Origin: Lama glama
Lineage: Eukaryota
NCBI GenBank assembly: GCA_028534125.1
Contig: CM052823.1
Span: 6,014,001 to 6,078,000, forward strand
Direction: 5' to 3'
DNA length: 64,000 bases
The notes under the pieces are model-generated. The model did not search any database, was not told the origin of the DNA, and saw only the letters and a program-made list of their open reading frames with translations. This document shows, piece after piece, positions 1-12,890 of this stretch. Numbering within the stretch: the stretch's first letter is position 1; each line of letters begins with the position of its first letter. Position numbers and translations under genes: made by a program.

Positions 1-63
1 AGGTCACATTCTGGGGTCCTGGGTGGACATGAATTTTTGGAGGACACTATTCCACCCAGTACA
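1..63 (-). mobile_element. MLT1 (ERVL-MaLR) LTR terminus, truncated by window edge
   Basis: aggtcacattctggggtcctgggtggacatgaatttttggaggacactattccacccagtaca matches the reverse-complemented MLT1 LTR start. Confidence 0.7.
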
Positions 64-665
64 GAAAAGGAGGGCCAAGTCAGTTTGCACAAAGTCTTAG
101 GAACATCTTTGTCTCTAAAGAAATACCCATGCCAGGGCGTAGCATCAGCTCTCACAGCAAGGCAAGAGAGGAGGAGAGAGGATGGGCTCAGGCCCCGGGG
201 CAGAGGTACAGGCCAGGCCAGACAGATGGGACAAGTCTGAATCCAAAATTACAAATTCTCCAATAAGTGGTACACATCGCACTCATGTATCTCCGTGCGC
301 AACGGAGGCAGAAGCAGCATTTCATGTCCTGAGTGAATCTTTGCCAACACGATGGCTCTAATGAGCCTGGAGTCAGGGGCTACTTTAATGAGAATGTAAG
401 ACTATACACTTATCAGTGTCTCAGTGCCTTTGCTCCTCAACCAAACACAAACAAGCAGCCAAGAAAGACTGAACTGAGGCGGGGGTGGGTGTTACCCTAA
501 AGCGCGCTTCCCCCCGGAGGCCGCGGGCCCGCGTTCACAGTCCAGCCCCAGAGGCAGGAGTCAAGGGTCTATTGCTTCTTGGCTAGTGTGCAACAAAACA
601 AAGCAAAGCAAGAACTGTTAATTGGGAAATGAGAATAAAATGTTCTAAGGCACTATCCTGGGACC

Positions 666-690
666 AAAAAAAAAAAAAAAAAAAAAAAAA
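666..690 (+). repeat. Poly(A)25 tract
   Basis: 25 consecutive A; AATAAA at 634-639 upstream. Confidence 0.95.
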
Positions 691-912
691 GTCAAGAACG
701 GCGAGCATTACCCCGAGCTACGCTGACGGGGATTTTTAAATCCTTCTCCCAGTTTCCATGTGACCCATGAAGCGAGCTGTTTGCTGGGCTCCTGTAGCAC
801 ATCCTGCCCCGCTTGGGGCGAGAAGTGGGGGAGGCTGGGACTGTGTGTCCCCAGAAAAGGGAGGGCTGACCACATCCGTGTACTGAGGGTCCTCAGAGCT
901 CCTCCCCTGGGT

Positions 913-923
913 GTGACTCAGCA
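913..923 (+). promoter_or_regulatory. Perfect ARE/NF-E2 (NRF2-sMAF) motif GTGACTCAGCA
   Basis: Exact match to RTGACTCAGCA; motif only, no functional data. Confidence 0.35.
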
Positions 924-1094
924 GGGTCTTCCGATCACAGGTGGCTGCCCCCTCCTTTCTTGCTCTGTGCCCTGAGAGCCCCCCTTGCCCCGTTTCTGCC
1001 ATCTAAGGAGCTGCAGGCCATTCCTCCCTTCCCACCTGCGGTCAAGGGCATAGATTATGCAGCAAACGACAGGTGGTCCGACATTTAGTAGCTG

Positions 1095-1290
1095 TTATGC
1101 CCTTGGCTGACTCACTGGGACCCTCTGACTTCAGTTTCCACCTGTGCACGATGGAAGATTCATAATTGCTTGTGCCCAAACTCTCACAACATAGCTGAAC
1201 ACAAGGAAAATGATACAATCCCCATCTTTTGAGATGAGGAAACTTTAACCCAAAGACGTTGAGATGCTGGACCACCAGACTTCTGAGGAC
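1095..1290. mobile_element. Two MIR core fragments in opposite orientation
   Basis: ttcagtttccacctgtgcacgatgg (+) and cccatcttttgagatgaggaaact (-) resemble the MIR core. Confidence 0.6.
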
Positions 1291-1998
1291 TGAGTCTTGT
1301 CACAGGGCCATTGTCCTCGTCCCACAGCCAGTACAGCCTTGTGGCTGCAAATGTCTTTTGTGGGGAACCTTCAAAGTGAATCTCAATGGCACTGCTAGCA
1401 CTGCCTTTCTGTGTTTAATTGTAGCTCCTCACCACCGCGCAGGTGCGATGGCACAGCCACCGGCTTGAGATCCTACATGCGTAGTTCCATAACCTCCATA
1501 CAGCGAGCTCTCAGGGCAGAGACTCCAATACCCTCCCGACACTTAAGAGAAGAGCTGGAGAGATTAAGAACTCTGTCCACAGTCAGCCAGCCTAAGGTGG
1601 TAGAGCTTTGAACCTCTGAAGCCTGACCCCAGGACCGGGGCTCCGATGGTCACCTGTCCGGGGTCTACCTGCACCCTGGGGGTCAGGATCACTTTCTCAA
1701 GCTCTTAGCTCCATACCCTGGTGCCTCATTCCTACAGAGGCATGAATAAATACACTTTGAATGAATGAATCAATGAAATTGTCACAGTGAATCGCCTCAT
1801 ATCATCTTAGGTCTGTTTTATCTGGACAGGACTGTGCACACGCAAGCAAGGCCAATAAATTCAGAGTAAAAGTCTTATAGGAGGTACCATTGTCTACCCA
1901 GGGCCCAGCAAGGTCACAGACAGGTTTTCAAGGTGCCCAGTAGATGGTTGTTGAGTGACTGAATGATGACACAGTTTGCGTTCGTTTGTGCTGCTGGA

Positions 1999-2365
1999 TG
2001 TATTAGTTTGCTGGGGCCGTGGTGACAAAAGACCACAGACCAAGGGGCTCAAACATCAAATGCATTTTCTCACAGTCATGGAGGGTGGAAGTCCACGATC
2101 AAGGTCATCTTCTTCCAAGGCCTCCCTCCTTGGCTTGGAGATGTGCCCCTCCTGCTGCCTCTTCACACGCTCATTGCTTTAAACACCCGAGTCCTGGTGT
2201 CATTGTGTGTGTTTTCACCTCCTCTTCTTGTAAGGACACCAGTCGCGTTGGATCAGGGTCCATCCATATGAGCTCATTTAAGCTTAACTGCCACTGTATT
2301 GGCTCTGTCTCCAAGCATGGTCACATTCTGAGGTCTAGGGGTTAAGTCTGAGTACGTGACCTTGG
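1999..2365 (-). mobile_element. MLT1B/C-like solo LTR (ERVL-MaLR)
   Basis: tgtattagtttgctggggcc...ttctcacagtcatggagggtggaagtccacgatcaaggt...taaggacaccagtc...ggtcacattctgaggt, typical antisense MLT1. Confidence 0.85.
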
Positions 2366-2557
2366 AAAAGTGACTCAAACTTCCTGTCTCTTCATCTGCC
2401 CTGTGGACAGGCACGTCCCCCTCCCCCCGGGTGGCTGTGCCTGAGAGTGGTTAGTTGGCACCTGGCACAAGGGAGTTGCTCGGTATGCACGAGTGGGCCC
2501 CGAGCCAGGGGGTGTTCAAGCACAGGAAGGTGGAGAAGGTCAGAACTGCTTGGGGAG

Positions 2558-3165
2558 GGCATGTGTCCAGAGAGAACTTCAATTTGAAAAGATGCACACA
2601 CCTCAGTGTTCACGGCAGCACTATTTACAACAGCCAAGACATGGAAACAGCCTGAATGCCCGTCGACAGATGACTGGATANNNNNNNNNNNNNNNNNNNN
2701 NNNNNNNNNNNNNNNNNNNNNNNNNNNNNNNNNNNNNNNNNNNNNNNNNNNNNNNNNNNNNNNNNNNNNNNNNNNNNNNNNNNNNNNNNNNNNNNNNNNN
2801 NNNNNNNNNNNNNNNNNNNNNNNNNNGAAGTCAGTCAGACAAATATCACATGATGTCACTTATATCTGGAATCCAAAGAACTGATACAAATGAATTTATT
2901 TACAAAACAGAAACAGATTCACAGACATAGAAAACAAACTTACAGTTACCACCGAGGGAAGGGTTGGGGAGGGAGGGATAAATTGTGAGTTCAGGATTTT
3001 TAGAGTCTAACTGCTATGTAAACAGCAAGGGCCTACTGTAGAGCACAGGGAACTATACTCAGTATCTTGCAATAACCTATATAAACATGTATGACTGAAT
3101 CACTACGCTGTCCACCAGAAACTAACACAACATTGTGCATCAACTCTACTTCCATTTAAAAAAAA
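2558..3165 (+). mobile_element. 5'-truncated artiodactyl L1 (ORF2 C-terminus, 3' UTR, polyA) with 16-bp TSD
   Basis: ORF 2606-2884 gives MFTAALFTTAKTWKQPECPSTDDWI (L1 ORF2); TSD agaactgcttggggag (2542-2557) / agaactacctggggag (3166-3181), 2 mismatches. Confidence 0.93.
2681..2826. other. Assembly gap (146 N) inside L1
   Basis: N run flanked by colinear L1 sequence. Confidence 0.97.
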
Positions 3166-3489
3166 AGAACTACCTGGGGAGCTTTTTAAACCAAGGGGGT
3201 CCACCTCGGCCCACTGTGCATTAGGACAGAGCTGCTCCTGCCAGCCTGCTGGGTGCCTCGGACGTGGTGACAGTCCCCTAGGAATGGGGGGCTGTACTGG
3301 GACACCTGGGGTAATGACTGGGGCTGGGAGGTGAGGGAGCGACTAATGATTACCTGTAACAAAAGTAATGGCACATACAAAAGGCAAATGGCACATAAAG
3401 TCACCCACAGTAAAGAGCTACAAAGCGGCCGCTGCAGTCTGTCCCAGGGCCCCGCCACCCCGTGTGTCCCTCTCTGAGGAGCCCTCTCT

Positions 3490-3715
3490 ACCACAGCTGA
3501 CTTACTCCTCTTCCCCTGCTGCCTGTATCAGGTGCCCCTCACCAAGCCCCCTGGCCCCCCGTGGTCCCCTTCCTCAGAGTCCCTTCCTGGTTATCTCCCT
3601 GCCTCGCCCACTGGACTGTAAGGTCAAGAGCACGTCTTGTGTCCCACGCCTCTGCAGTCAGCACCGGCACGGAGCCTGGGGCCTGTGGACCACTCAGTGA
3701 TGCGAGGTGATTGGG
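3490..3715 (+). mobile_element. L2 3' end fragment
   Basis: ccactggactgtaagg...gcacggagcctggggcctgtggaccactcagt resembles the L2 tail. Confidence 0.6.
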
Positions 3716-3929
3716 CCTGTCTCCAAATTGGGGGATTTTCCCATTGACACTCTGCTCTGCCTCTAGCTAACAAGTATTATGGAGGACTGAAGACACACTG
3801 AACAGTTTTCACTGTTTCCAAGTAGAGTTCCAAGTGTGTGCCCAAAGACAGGTGTACCTGAGCAGTGGGGCTGGGCTCTGGGGGTGCTGGGACCCCCACG
3901 ACAGTCCTGCTGGACAGACTGAGTCCTGC

Positions 3930-4175
3930 ACGGCGGCCCCAGCAGGAAGCCGGGCCGAGTAGTTGGAGGCTTGGAGTGGGATGGATGGTAGTGGTGGGGG
4001 TGACACCGGATCAGACTTAGGATCCACTTTGCAGGCAGAACCAGCAGGACTCCGTGCTGGGCTGGGTGAGGGAGTTTAAGGGAGGGAAAGTGCAAGCTTG
4101 ACCTGGGTTTGGAGCCTTATCAGTTGGACATATGGTGGTACCATGGGCTGAGATGGGGAAGAACTGAGACTGGAC
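3930..4175 (-). mobile_element. L2 fragment
   Basis: ttgcaggcagaaccagcaggact...ggtggtaccatgggctgagatggggaag, antisense L2 pattern. Confidence 0.6.
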
Positions 4176-4399
4176 AGGGTCTTGTGGGGAGACGGGTGGT
4201 GAGGGGACAGCCAAGAGTTCAGGCCATGTTAGGTAGGGATGGCCCGTCAGCCAATCAAGTAGGCAGGTTGGATTTGTCTGGACTTCAGAGAATAGGTCCT
4301 ATTATGTGTCAGGCCTTATCAATATGCCTATAAAACCTTCTTCTCGAGTTAGAGTCACTTCTGGCTAATTTTCGTTCTCCAGTGTTCCATGTTATCATC

Positions 4400-4625
4400 T
4401 TCCAGGCCTTTGTGTAGCCCTTGCTCTCTGAAAGCCTTAAAGTCTCAGGACGACATCACCTCCTTCAGGAAGCCTTCGCTGATGCCCTTGGCTTGGTCAT
4501 GTGCCTTTTCTTAGTGGCCACACAGCCCCCACCCTTGGCCCCCATGTCACTTGCAGCGCTCAGTTGGAATTGTCTAGCTGTCTTTTCTCCCCTCCGTCGA
4601 TACCAAGTCCCTTGAGAGGCCCTCT
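4400..4625 (+). mobile_element. L2 fragment
   Basis: catcacctccttcaggaagccttcgctgat is an L2 3'-region motif. Confidence 0.6.
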
Positions 4626-5419
4626 TCCTCCTCTTGTATCTTACCTGCAAGGGCAGGAGATGGAGACGATGGGAGAATGTCTGCTGGGGGGACAAGCACA
4701 ACCAGCCGAGGGGCACAGCAGCAAGTCGCCACCAAGTGGACTTGCTCTAACCTAAATTGTCTGCGTCAAGATCCGCCCTTGTCATGAGAAACAGACCCGG
4801 GGCCGACCAAGTTTCCAATGCATATGGATTATGACTTCCCACGTCGAAGTCATTAAGAGACCATGATAAATTAGAGATTGATAAAAGGCTCCAGTTCAAG
4901 ATTTATGGCTCTCCCAGAATTCTTTCAAGTTCTCCCAAACGTCCAGGGACTGGCCTGCCCCCTGGAGTTGCAACATCTGACTTCGGTTAGCACGCCCCTG
5001 TCTGGCAGGGAGGGCTCGCCATCTGCTGAGAACAGGCCCCCTCGTGCAGCACGTGCTCCTGGCCCCGGGAGATAGGGGCTGGCCCTGGAAGAGGGGTGTT
5101 CTCAAATGCACGTCCTATTTGTCCCCTGGACCTTGTGTTCTTGGCCAGCTGGACTCAGCCCACAAAAATTCAGACCTTAGCTGTGACATTTTTGAGGATG
5201 TTCTGAGATCAGCAGGAGCTTTCTGCTAACTGGAGCAGCACTGCCTGTGCGCGTGTGTGCGTGTGCCCATGTGCTTTGAGACGGTGGGTCTATGGAGTGG
5301 AGCTAACGACATCTGTTTTACAGAGGCACTGCCATACTGTGTGTCAAGAAACACAGCCTAGGAGACCTCTGTGCCCCACAGGTAACATCCCCCATGAGGC
5401 TGAGGAAGAGTCCTTGATA

Positions 5420-5740
5420 AACTCCGTCAACAGTTACTGAGCATCCACATGCGCTGGATGCTGGTCTGGTTTCTGGGCAAGCAGAGGTTAACAGGGTCAC
5501 CACATCCCAAGCTTCGGTGCTGTCAGTGTTCCAGTGACAGGCGGGGAAACAGAGTATCTGACAAACACAACTTAAATTCCTAGAATGGTGCATGCTGCGG
5601 GGCATCGTGAACCAGGGTTGAGTGGTGGAGAGTGACAAGTGACGGGGTCACAGGCATGGAGGTTGGTCCCTGGAGGGCAGCTGGGGGACACCTGAGCAGA
5701 AGCCGAAGGACAAGTTGGGGCCAACCAGTAGCAGACGTCA
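5420..5740 (-). mobile_element. L2 3' end fragment
   Basis: caacagttactgagcatccacatgcgctggatgctggtctgg matches the antisense L2 tail. Confidence 0.6.
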
Positions 5741-6569
5741 GGGAAGGTTTGACTCCACGGGGAGAGGGATGAGCTGGTGTGACCATGAGGAAGGTGATGA
5801 TGAGAGGGAAGAAGGGGGAGACATGCATGTTAATGAGCACATATGCAAATTCACTCATGCGTCCACCCGTTTATCCATCCATCCTTGGACAGGCACATAT
5901 CAAGCCTGGACTCCCCTGTGCCAGGCTCTCTGAATCAGACCTCACTCTTGCTCACAAGGACTTCATAATCTCTGGCAAACATTCCCCTACTTCGCTCTGT
6001 GTTGCTTGTCTCTGGTCGTTGGGCTGTTTTCCAGCCTTCCTTGCAATTCCTTTACCTCCAGCTGCTACTGTCTTTCATGTCCATGCCTTTATTAATAACA
6101 CTTCAAATAAAACTCTAAATGGCAAAATGTAAAACCCTTCCAGCCAAAAATCAGGCCCCCTTCTGGGTCCTCTGACCGAGGTTCTTCTACTAACAGCCTC
6201 TGAGTTACCCACCCCACCTTTGCTTGCTCTCCGGGTCATAATTAGCTCAAAGTACATGCACTCAGCCCCATGTTTTATCAACTGTATGGACCTCAGCTTT
6301 CCCTGTTTCTTCACCAGCATTCAAGGGCTTGGTCTGACCAGGAATCAGGCTTAGATGGTGAGATTTTGGGTTTTGTTTTGTTTTTGTTTTTGTTTTTTTC
6401 CTAAAAGCTTTCAGGTGATAATCTCATCATATCTGCCTGATATAATTGGTATCAATTAATCAATTTGCACACCTGTGCCAGACGATGTTTTTCTGGGTCT
6501 TTCCAGGGCTTACAGCCACTTATCAAACCTTCCTGGTTCGTAGGAAAGAAGGAATCACATCTCACTTTT

Positions 6570-6900
6570 ACTCCTTTCTTTATAAAGTGCTCTCATGGAC
6601 AGTATCTCATCAGACCCTCACTGCTTCCTTGAGATTAGAGCCAAGTTATCCATTTTATAGGAGAGACAGCAGAATTTCCAGAAGGATGGGGCTGCAGAGG
6701 GGAATTGTGAAGGTCCAAAACCCTTGAGATGCCTGAGTACTTCTCTGACCTGGTGATGTGCCATGGGATTTCTTTCAAATGTTTTCTTAAAAAGCCCATT
6801 TTACAGACATGTATTAGTCACCCAAGGCCTCAGCACGGTAGAGTCAAGACTCCAAGACTTCAGACTCTTGGTCCAATGCACCTTCTGCTACAAGATGCTG
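6570..6900 (-). mobile_element. MIR fragments
   Basis: atctcatcagaccctcac...tatccattttatag and cccattttacagac...cacccaaggcc. Confidence 0.6.
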
Positions 6901-7259
6901 CCTTCGTCATTGGGAAGATAAAGCCAATGGCCCGTGACATGTGTGGTGATGGCTGGGAGGCCAGAGAGGGCTGGTGGGTGGATGCTCCGGGCCCAGGCTC
7001 TCCACGACTTCCCCAGATGTTCTTGCTCATTCTATGCTAAAGAGGGAAAGCCCCCTGGGCTACTTTAGACATGGGTCAAATCCAGACCTAAAGCATTAAC
7101 GTTTCACGAAGCTTCCAGTAAAATATTCCTTTGTCCTAGGTATCACAACTAAGGAAACTCATAGATTAAAGGCTCTCAAACATTTAACCAAGAAGGAAAC
7201 AAAGAAATCCATGTAGGGACTGAGTCCCCAGATCCCCTTCCATTACTGGGCTGCCTCCT

Positions 7260-7530
7260 GCTGGTATTTAAGACTCAGCTCTCCCACCATCCCGTCTGGG
7301 AAGCCCTCCCAGCATGGGTGAGAGGTCCTCTTCTCAGTGACCTCAAGGCCTGTAGCACTTGTCACCCAGTAATTTCAAGGTTGGTTTCTATGTCCGTCTC
7401 TACCATTAGACCTCAAACCGATTCTGGGACCTAGTGTGTGCAGATATGTTGCTCCCAGGAGCCCAGCTTGGTGCCTGGCAACAGCAGAGATTCGGTAGAG
7501 GCTGAAATGATATATGGTGAATTTTTAAAT
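7260..7530 (+). mobile_element. L2 3' end fragment
   Basis: tttaagactcagctc...gggaagccctccc...gcttggtgcctggcaacagcag. Confidence 0.55.
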
Positions 7531-9129
7531 AAAATGATGTTTCCCACAATGAGTCCCATGCCTTGTTGGGAAGAGTTGAGCCAAACAGGAAGTTCTATAT
7601 TCAGACATCAGAGGAGGTACAGGTGGTGGGAAATACAGAGGAAGCACGGGCATGTGGGCCCCTTTCTTGGGAACATCTCAGTCATTCTTACTCCCATGGA
7701 TATGGCCTGGAGGAGCAGGACCGGCAGCATTTCCCACCTAACGTCTCCTAGTCAAGAACACAGCCCCAAAGCAAACACCCTGCCGGGAGCTGTCCACCCA
7801 GCACTGCACTTCCCCTCCCTTGGCCACTGACCGCGTCTTTCATTAATGCAACCTACGGCCACACTGAAGTTCAGTCAGACACACCCCACTTCTCCGTGGA
7901 GAAGGTTAAATTACCCCACAGTGAGTCACAACGGCAATGTCACGCAGTTTCAGACCACGAAGCCCCGAGGACCAAGGCTCACAGTCGGGCTCACTAGCTA
8001 CAGAGTGTCCTCCTTCACCTTCCCCTCACCCACAGCCCTGCAGGCTTCTCCATGGTGCTGCTTCCTTGAGGGTTTCCCTGGTCTCAAGACAAATAGGGAC
8101 GTCCTAATAGCCAACCTGTGCTCTCTCTTTCCTACGGCAAGGAAAGGCCTTTAGGCTGGAAGAATTTCTCTGCTGGACACAAAGGGAACCATTGGAGAAA
8201 CCATGTGACAAAGAAGAGGAGTGAACCAGCCTTCCTCCCCAGTGCTGGACCCTCAGCTACTTTCCGGGGGCAGCTGCTGTCCACAGGAGCCCTTAAGGAG
8301 CCCGTGGGCCCTGGGTCTGTCTTTGGGGGGTCCAGGACTAAGGGGATAAGCCAGAGCAAGTCAAATGCCACTAGGTCACCTAGGAACTGCCATGTAATAC
8401 CGCATCCATGTGTCTCCAACCCTGGGTGCCGACCTTCCCTCCTCTGACTTAGCCACTCCACCCAGTGGAGGCAAAACAAGCCTTTTGAGACTAATCTCAG
8501 GGCCAAGTCAAAAAAAGAGCCATTTCAACTTGTCCAGGACCCCTGTAGGGAGCAGCGCTCAGCCTCTCGAAATTTGGATTCCAGCTGCTGTCATTTCCGT
8601 ATGCTCACGTTGGAAGCCGGAAAGGTGGACATGATTGAAATTTGCATTTAAATGGAAATGGTTCAAGGCAAAGGCCCAATGTTTAGAGAAATGAGAGTAT
8701 CCATTTTTCTAAGAGGGAGGCCAAGTGTTATTGTGTACCATTAAGGTGTCACTGAGCCGAAATATGTTGAGAAATGGTAGACGCTGCTGCAGCTCTCGGA
8801 GTGGCGACTGGCATTTGGAAATGACTCCATGCTATGAATGAATTTAAACGAACCCTGCATCAAGCATGATTGCTTATAATGTTGGCCGCCACCATTACCT
8901 AATTCCAGCCCTGCTCACTAAATGGTAGACATTCTATTAGACAGCTTTCTGCTCCTTTTCAGTTCTAATAAACACCGGAACTGGTCCATCAACCTACAAC
9001 TTGGCAACAGGGACCACCTTCCATAGGATACAGGCATACAGATCTTGACATGTTTGGCTGATGCCTCCCCAACACTGTCATGTGGATTTAATCCACATTA
9101 TACTGACAGTTAATGAGTCATTAGAATAA

Positions 9130-9545
9130 TCCAAGAGGAAATAGAGGTTAAGGTTGTAGGAAGCGTTGTGTGCCCTTATCAGGCTGAATTCTCTACATTA
9201 CACTGTGGTAACAAGGAGCCCCTAGATGTTTGTAACTTACAGCTACTAAGTTTTCTTTCTTTTTCATGCTCTGTGTCTGTCACAGGTTTGCTGAAGCTCT
9301 GCTTCTTATCTCCTCACTCCAAGGCTCATATGATGGGTCACTTGTCATCTTGACTGTTCTGGTCACTGAAGCAGAGGAACAGAAAGACCCGGAGGATTTC
9401 TCACAGGCAAATACACAGTGTAGCTTGAAGTGACGTGTATTTCTTCAGTTCACAACTCATTGGCCAAAACCACTACATGATTCCACAAACAAACATACGA
9501 TGTGCCCAGAAGGCAGATACTGAGAAATCATGAGCACCATGAATA
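9130..9545 (-). mobile_element. Old MLT1 (MLT1K/L-like) LTR, degraded
   Basis: gaagtgacgtgtatttcttcagttcacaactcattggccaaaaccactacatg resembles the old MLT1 signature. Confidence 0.5.
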
Positions 9546-10494
9546 GCTACTTCCCCACTTTCTTCCCATGCGCTCAGGGGAGGAGAAACCAGGGAGGCTG
9601 CCTGCGAGGGTGTCAAAGGGAGGCAGATCCCCTCCCCAGACTGGAAGGCAGCAAACACAAGTGCTACTTAGAAAGTTACCCTTGGGAGGAAGGACTCAGG
9701 TAGAGAAACCAAAATAGAACCAACAAAGAACCAAAAGAGAAATTGAATGCACATCAACTTGAAAGTGTTGAACAAAAAGAAGGATCGCAGGCTGGGAGTG
9801 AGTTCCATGGGTTAGATGGCTGGTGGGACAGAAAGAGGGATAAGTGAGTAGCTGAAGTGGGAACTCTTAGAATGTAAGACTCCGAACTCCTGCAGACGCA
9901 GAGCCTTTAAGTTACAAAGAAACACATGACCCTTGCAAAGTCAGAAATAGCCCCTTAAAGGAGTTCAGTTGAGGCAGAAAGCAGTCTAGAAGACCATGCT
10001 ATCATCTGTGCTGGCTGTAATTTTAAGAGATTATTGGTTAGTTCAAAGAAATAAACAACTAAAACATGACAAATCGCATCCAGAGTTTTTGGACTGTCAT
10101 CAGCTGCTGACTCCTAGAGAGTTCTGTCCTTTGGCCAAGTGAGGATTGCTTGGTTGTCTTCTGGGTATCACCTCACTCTTTGTAAAGTGAATAATCATTT
10201 GCTCATTTGTCCAACAAATATTTTTCAAGCTCTCTAGGACCAGAGCTTAGAACACTGGCTAATACATACCAGGTATTTAATTTAACAAATGTTTGTTGAA
10301 GGGCTTAATGAGTGACTTTCTACTCTGAGCCAAATGCTGTACTGCAAGAAATAAGACTGACATGAGACACCATTCCAGCTGCCATGGAGTCTACAGACAG
10401 ACCCACATCACAGTGAATCAAATTTCAGCAGGAGCAATGCTGACATAGTGGTGAGAAAATGGTCAACTCCACGTGCCTTATGCTAAGATCTTCT

Positions 10495-10580
10495 CTTTTT
10501 AACACCTCAATTGTAGTATAATTCCTATACAGTAAACTACACATATTTCAGATGTACAATTTGATGAATTTTGATAGATA
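10495..10580 (-). mobile_element. Old L1M 3' terminus
   Basis: gtataattcctatacagtaaactacacatatttcagatgtacaatttgatgaattttga, antisense L1M 3' end. Confidence 0.7.
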
Positions 10581-10589
10581 TAGCTAAGT

Positions 10590-10770
10590 TCTTCTAAGTA
10601 TCCTTCCCGTATTAATGTATTTAATCCCCCAAACAGCCATACAAGCTACACATGAATGACATTCCCACTATATAAATAAACTGAGGTCTAGCAGTTTTGA
10701 TTGTCTTACTCAAGCAAAGATGCCAGAATTTAAAACAAGCTGCCTGGCTCTGGAACCCATGACTAAGTTT
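10590..10770 (-). mobile_element. MIR
   Basis: atttaatccccc...aaactgaggtcta...ccagaatttaaaacaagctgcctggctc. Confidence 0.6.
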
Positions 10771-11046
10771 CTATACAAACATAGAAATACAAAAGAGGAA
10801 GTCAGAATTCCTGCAGACACAAAGACAAGACACATTATCTGGGAAAATATCTCAGTAGAGTTATTTAACCTGGGCCTCGAAGCATAAGCAGGAATACACC
10901 AAGAGGAAAAAGGGGAGTCCAGGGAGATGGTCCCTAGAGGACCTGGGGACTGGTGTCCTTTTATACTGGATGGTAAGTCCTTACGGGCAAAGACCACTTC
11001 TGTTCATCTGTGCCCCCTGCTTCCTGGAGACCATGACTAGCACACA

Positions 11047-11750
11047 ACCATATTTTACTGAATCGAAGACACCATCAGTTGTAAGATGAAACAGTATCAT
11101 TCGTGCTATTAAGAAAACAGAAAGACAACAGAAAACATTGACAAATAAAAAACGCTTTCTTATTACTTAGAAATTTTATTTTATACTTACAGGAAAAATA
11201 ATTTAGGCTTAAGGAGACATATTTTTTCTCCTGTATCACTGTTGTGACAGAAAATAAATATGGTTATGGTAGTCTTCAAACTTATTCCCAGATTGCAACT
11301 TTCCTGAATCACTTTTTCGGTTAAAGTCTGTGGTTTGCTTTCTCCACACAGTACGATTGTCCCCACGTCAGGAGTGTTGGTGGTACAGCACTTCTTGAAG
11401 TAATCATGGGCCTTGATGCTGGGCTGTAAGTCTGCTTTGCAAATATGTAGAACTAGCTGATTTCTGATTGCTTGGGAATGTTACTAACCCTGGATGGTCT
11501 ACCACCTTCCCAAAGGCTTTGAGTCCTTGGGGTTTAGAAAGGTGCTGTACCATCCTCCCCTGGTTGCCGTTACCTCTGCAACACTGCAAGATGCAATGCT
11601 AGTAGCCCTTGGACGTGCATTCCCATACAAGCTGTGACTGTGTCATGACTGAGCTTCGTATGGAGCCATGGGTACACGCTGTGGGATTTTAAGGTGTGTC
11701 CCCATTTCATACAGATGTTTATGTGTGCTTCTTAAAATGCTTAAAAGAAA
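11047..11750. mobile_element. Tigger13a-like TcMar-Tigger non-autonomous DNA transposon
   Basis: Left end accatattttactgaatcgaagacaccatcagttgtaagatg and right end gattttaaggtgtgtccccatttca...tgtgtgcttcttaaaat fit Tigger13 termini; minus strand near 11370-11400 reads FKKCCTTN, like the pogo transposase C-terminal motif. Confidence 0.75.
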
Positions 11751-12499
11751 GCAATAGGAACCAATAAACCTCTGCTGCATAAGTAGATGAACGAGAGTTT
11801 GAAAGACCCTGGATATCAGAAAAAACAAGCAAACAATTTGAACTTTATTCTACAAATCACAGGCAGTCGCTTAGGTTTTGGGGGGGAATGTGAGTCCTTG
11901 AGTTATGTGGTGGTAAGTTCTGATCTTGATTTTTTAAACCAATGACTACTGAAAAGAAAATCCTCCACACCCAGGAATTTTATTGCCTAAAATAATAAAA
12001 CCAGATGAAGTTTAGCTGAGCTGATACTATGGAGAGTGGGACCTGTGGGACTGGCTGCAAGCCCAGAGCGCTGGTGGGAATGATTGACATGCTGTCCCTG
12101 CTGGAGGCAGGGAGGCAGGTGAGCTTCCCCCTCCAGGTCCCTTCAAGCCCATTGATTCTGTATTCCAGCAGCCGTGCTCAATGCTGCTTACATTTCCAGA
12201 CCAAATGGAGTCTGGGACAACCTGAAGACCCCTGGGAGGTGACCTTTTCAAGGCTGTTTAAAATAGTATAAACTTTATGGTTATGAAAGGAGTGAGCCTG
12301 GCCTCATTTGCTAAATCCTGATGCAAAGAATGGCTCTAGAAGAATTTCTCACAGTTGGAATGGGATAATTTCAAAGCAAAGGATATAATATGGTACCACG
12401 TATAAATCAACTTGAGAAAACTTAGGCTAGCTGATAGTTAAATAATACCATTAGCCAACATCACTGGGAATGAGTTATGGATCATAAATCCATTTATTC

Positions 12500-12690
12500 C
12501 CCAACCTCATCTTATGAAGCAGATACAATTGCTGTTCTGTCCCACAGATGAGGAAACTGAGACTCAGAGAGATTAGGACGCTCTTCCTGTGAGCTGGCAA
12601 GTGGCAGAGCCTTGACCAGGGGCCATACAATCGGACCCTTGGGCTCCAGGTCTGGACTTGGACACGGCATATCCCACACTTCCACCTCTG
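12500..12690 (-). mobile_element. MIR
   Basis: cacagatgaggaaactgagactcagagagattagg core. Confidence 0.8.
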
Positions 12691-12749
12691 ACCCACACGA
12701 CTCAGGATGTTCCGGATGCATCCCTCATCAGCTCTGTTAGATAACATCC

Positions 12750-12890
12750 TTGAACCTCAGTTTCCTCATTTGCAAAGTGGTGGCGGAAGTAATTCCCACC
12801 TTGCTGGATTGATGTAAGAGTTACGGAGTTGGAAATGCACACAGAATGGTGTGTGCCTGGTTGGGAGTAAGTGTTCCCCAAGTGTTAACT
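12750..12890 (+). mobile_element. MIR
   Basis: tgaacctcagtttcctcatttgcaaagtgg core. Confidence 0.75.
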
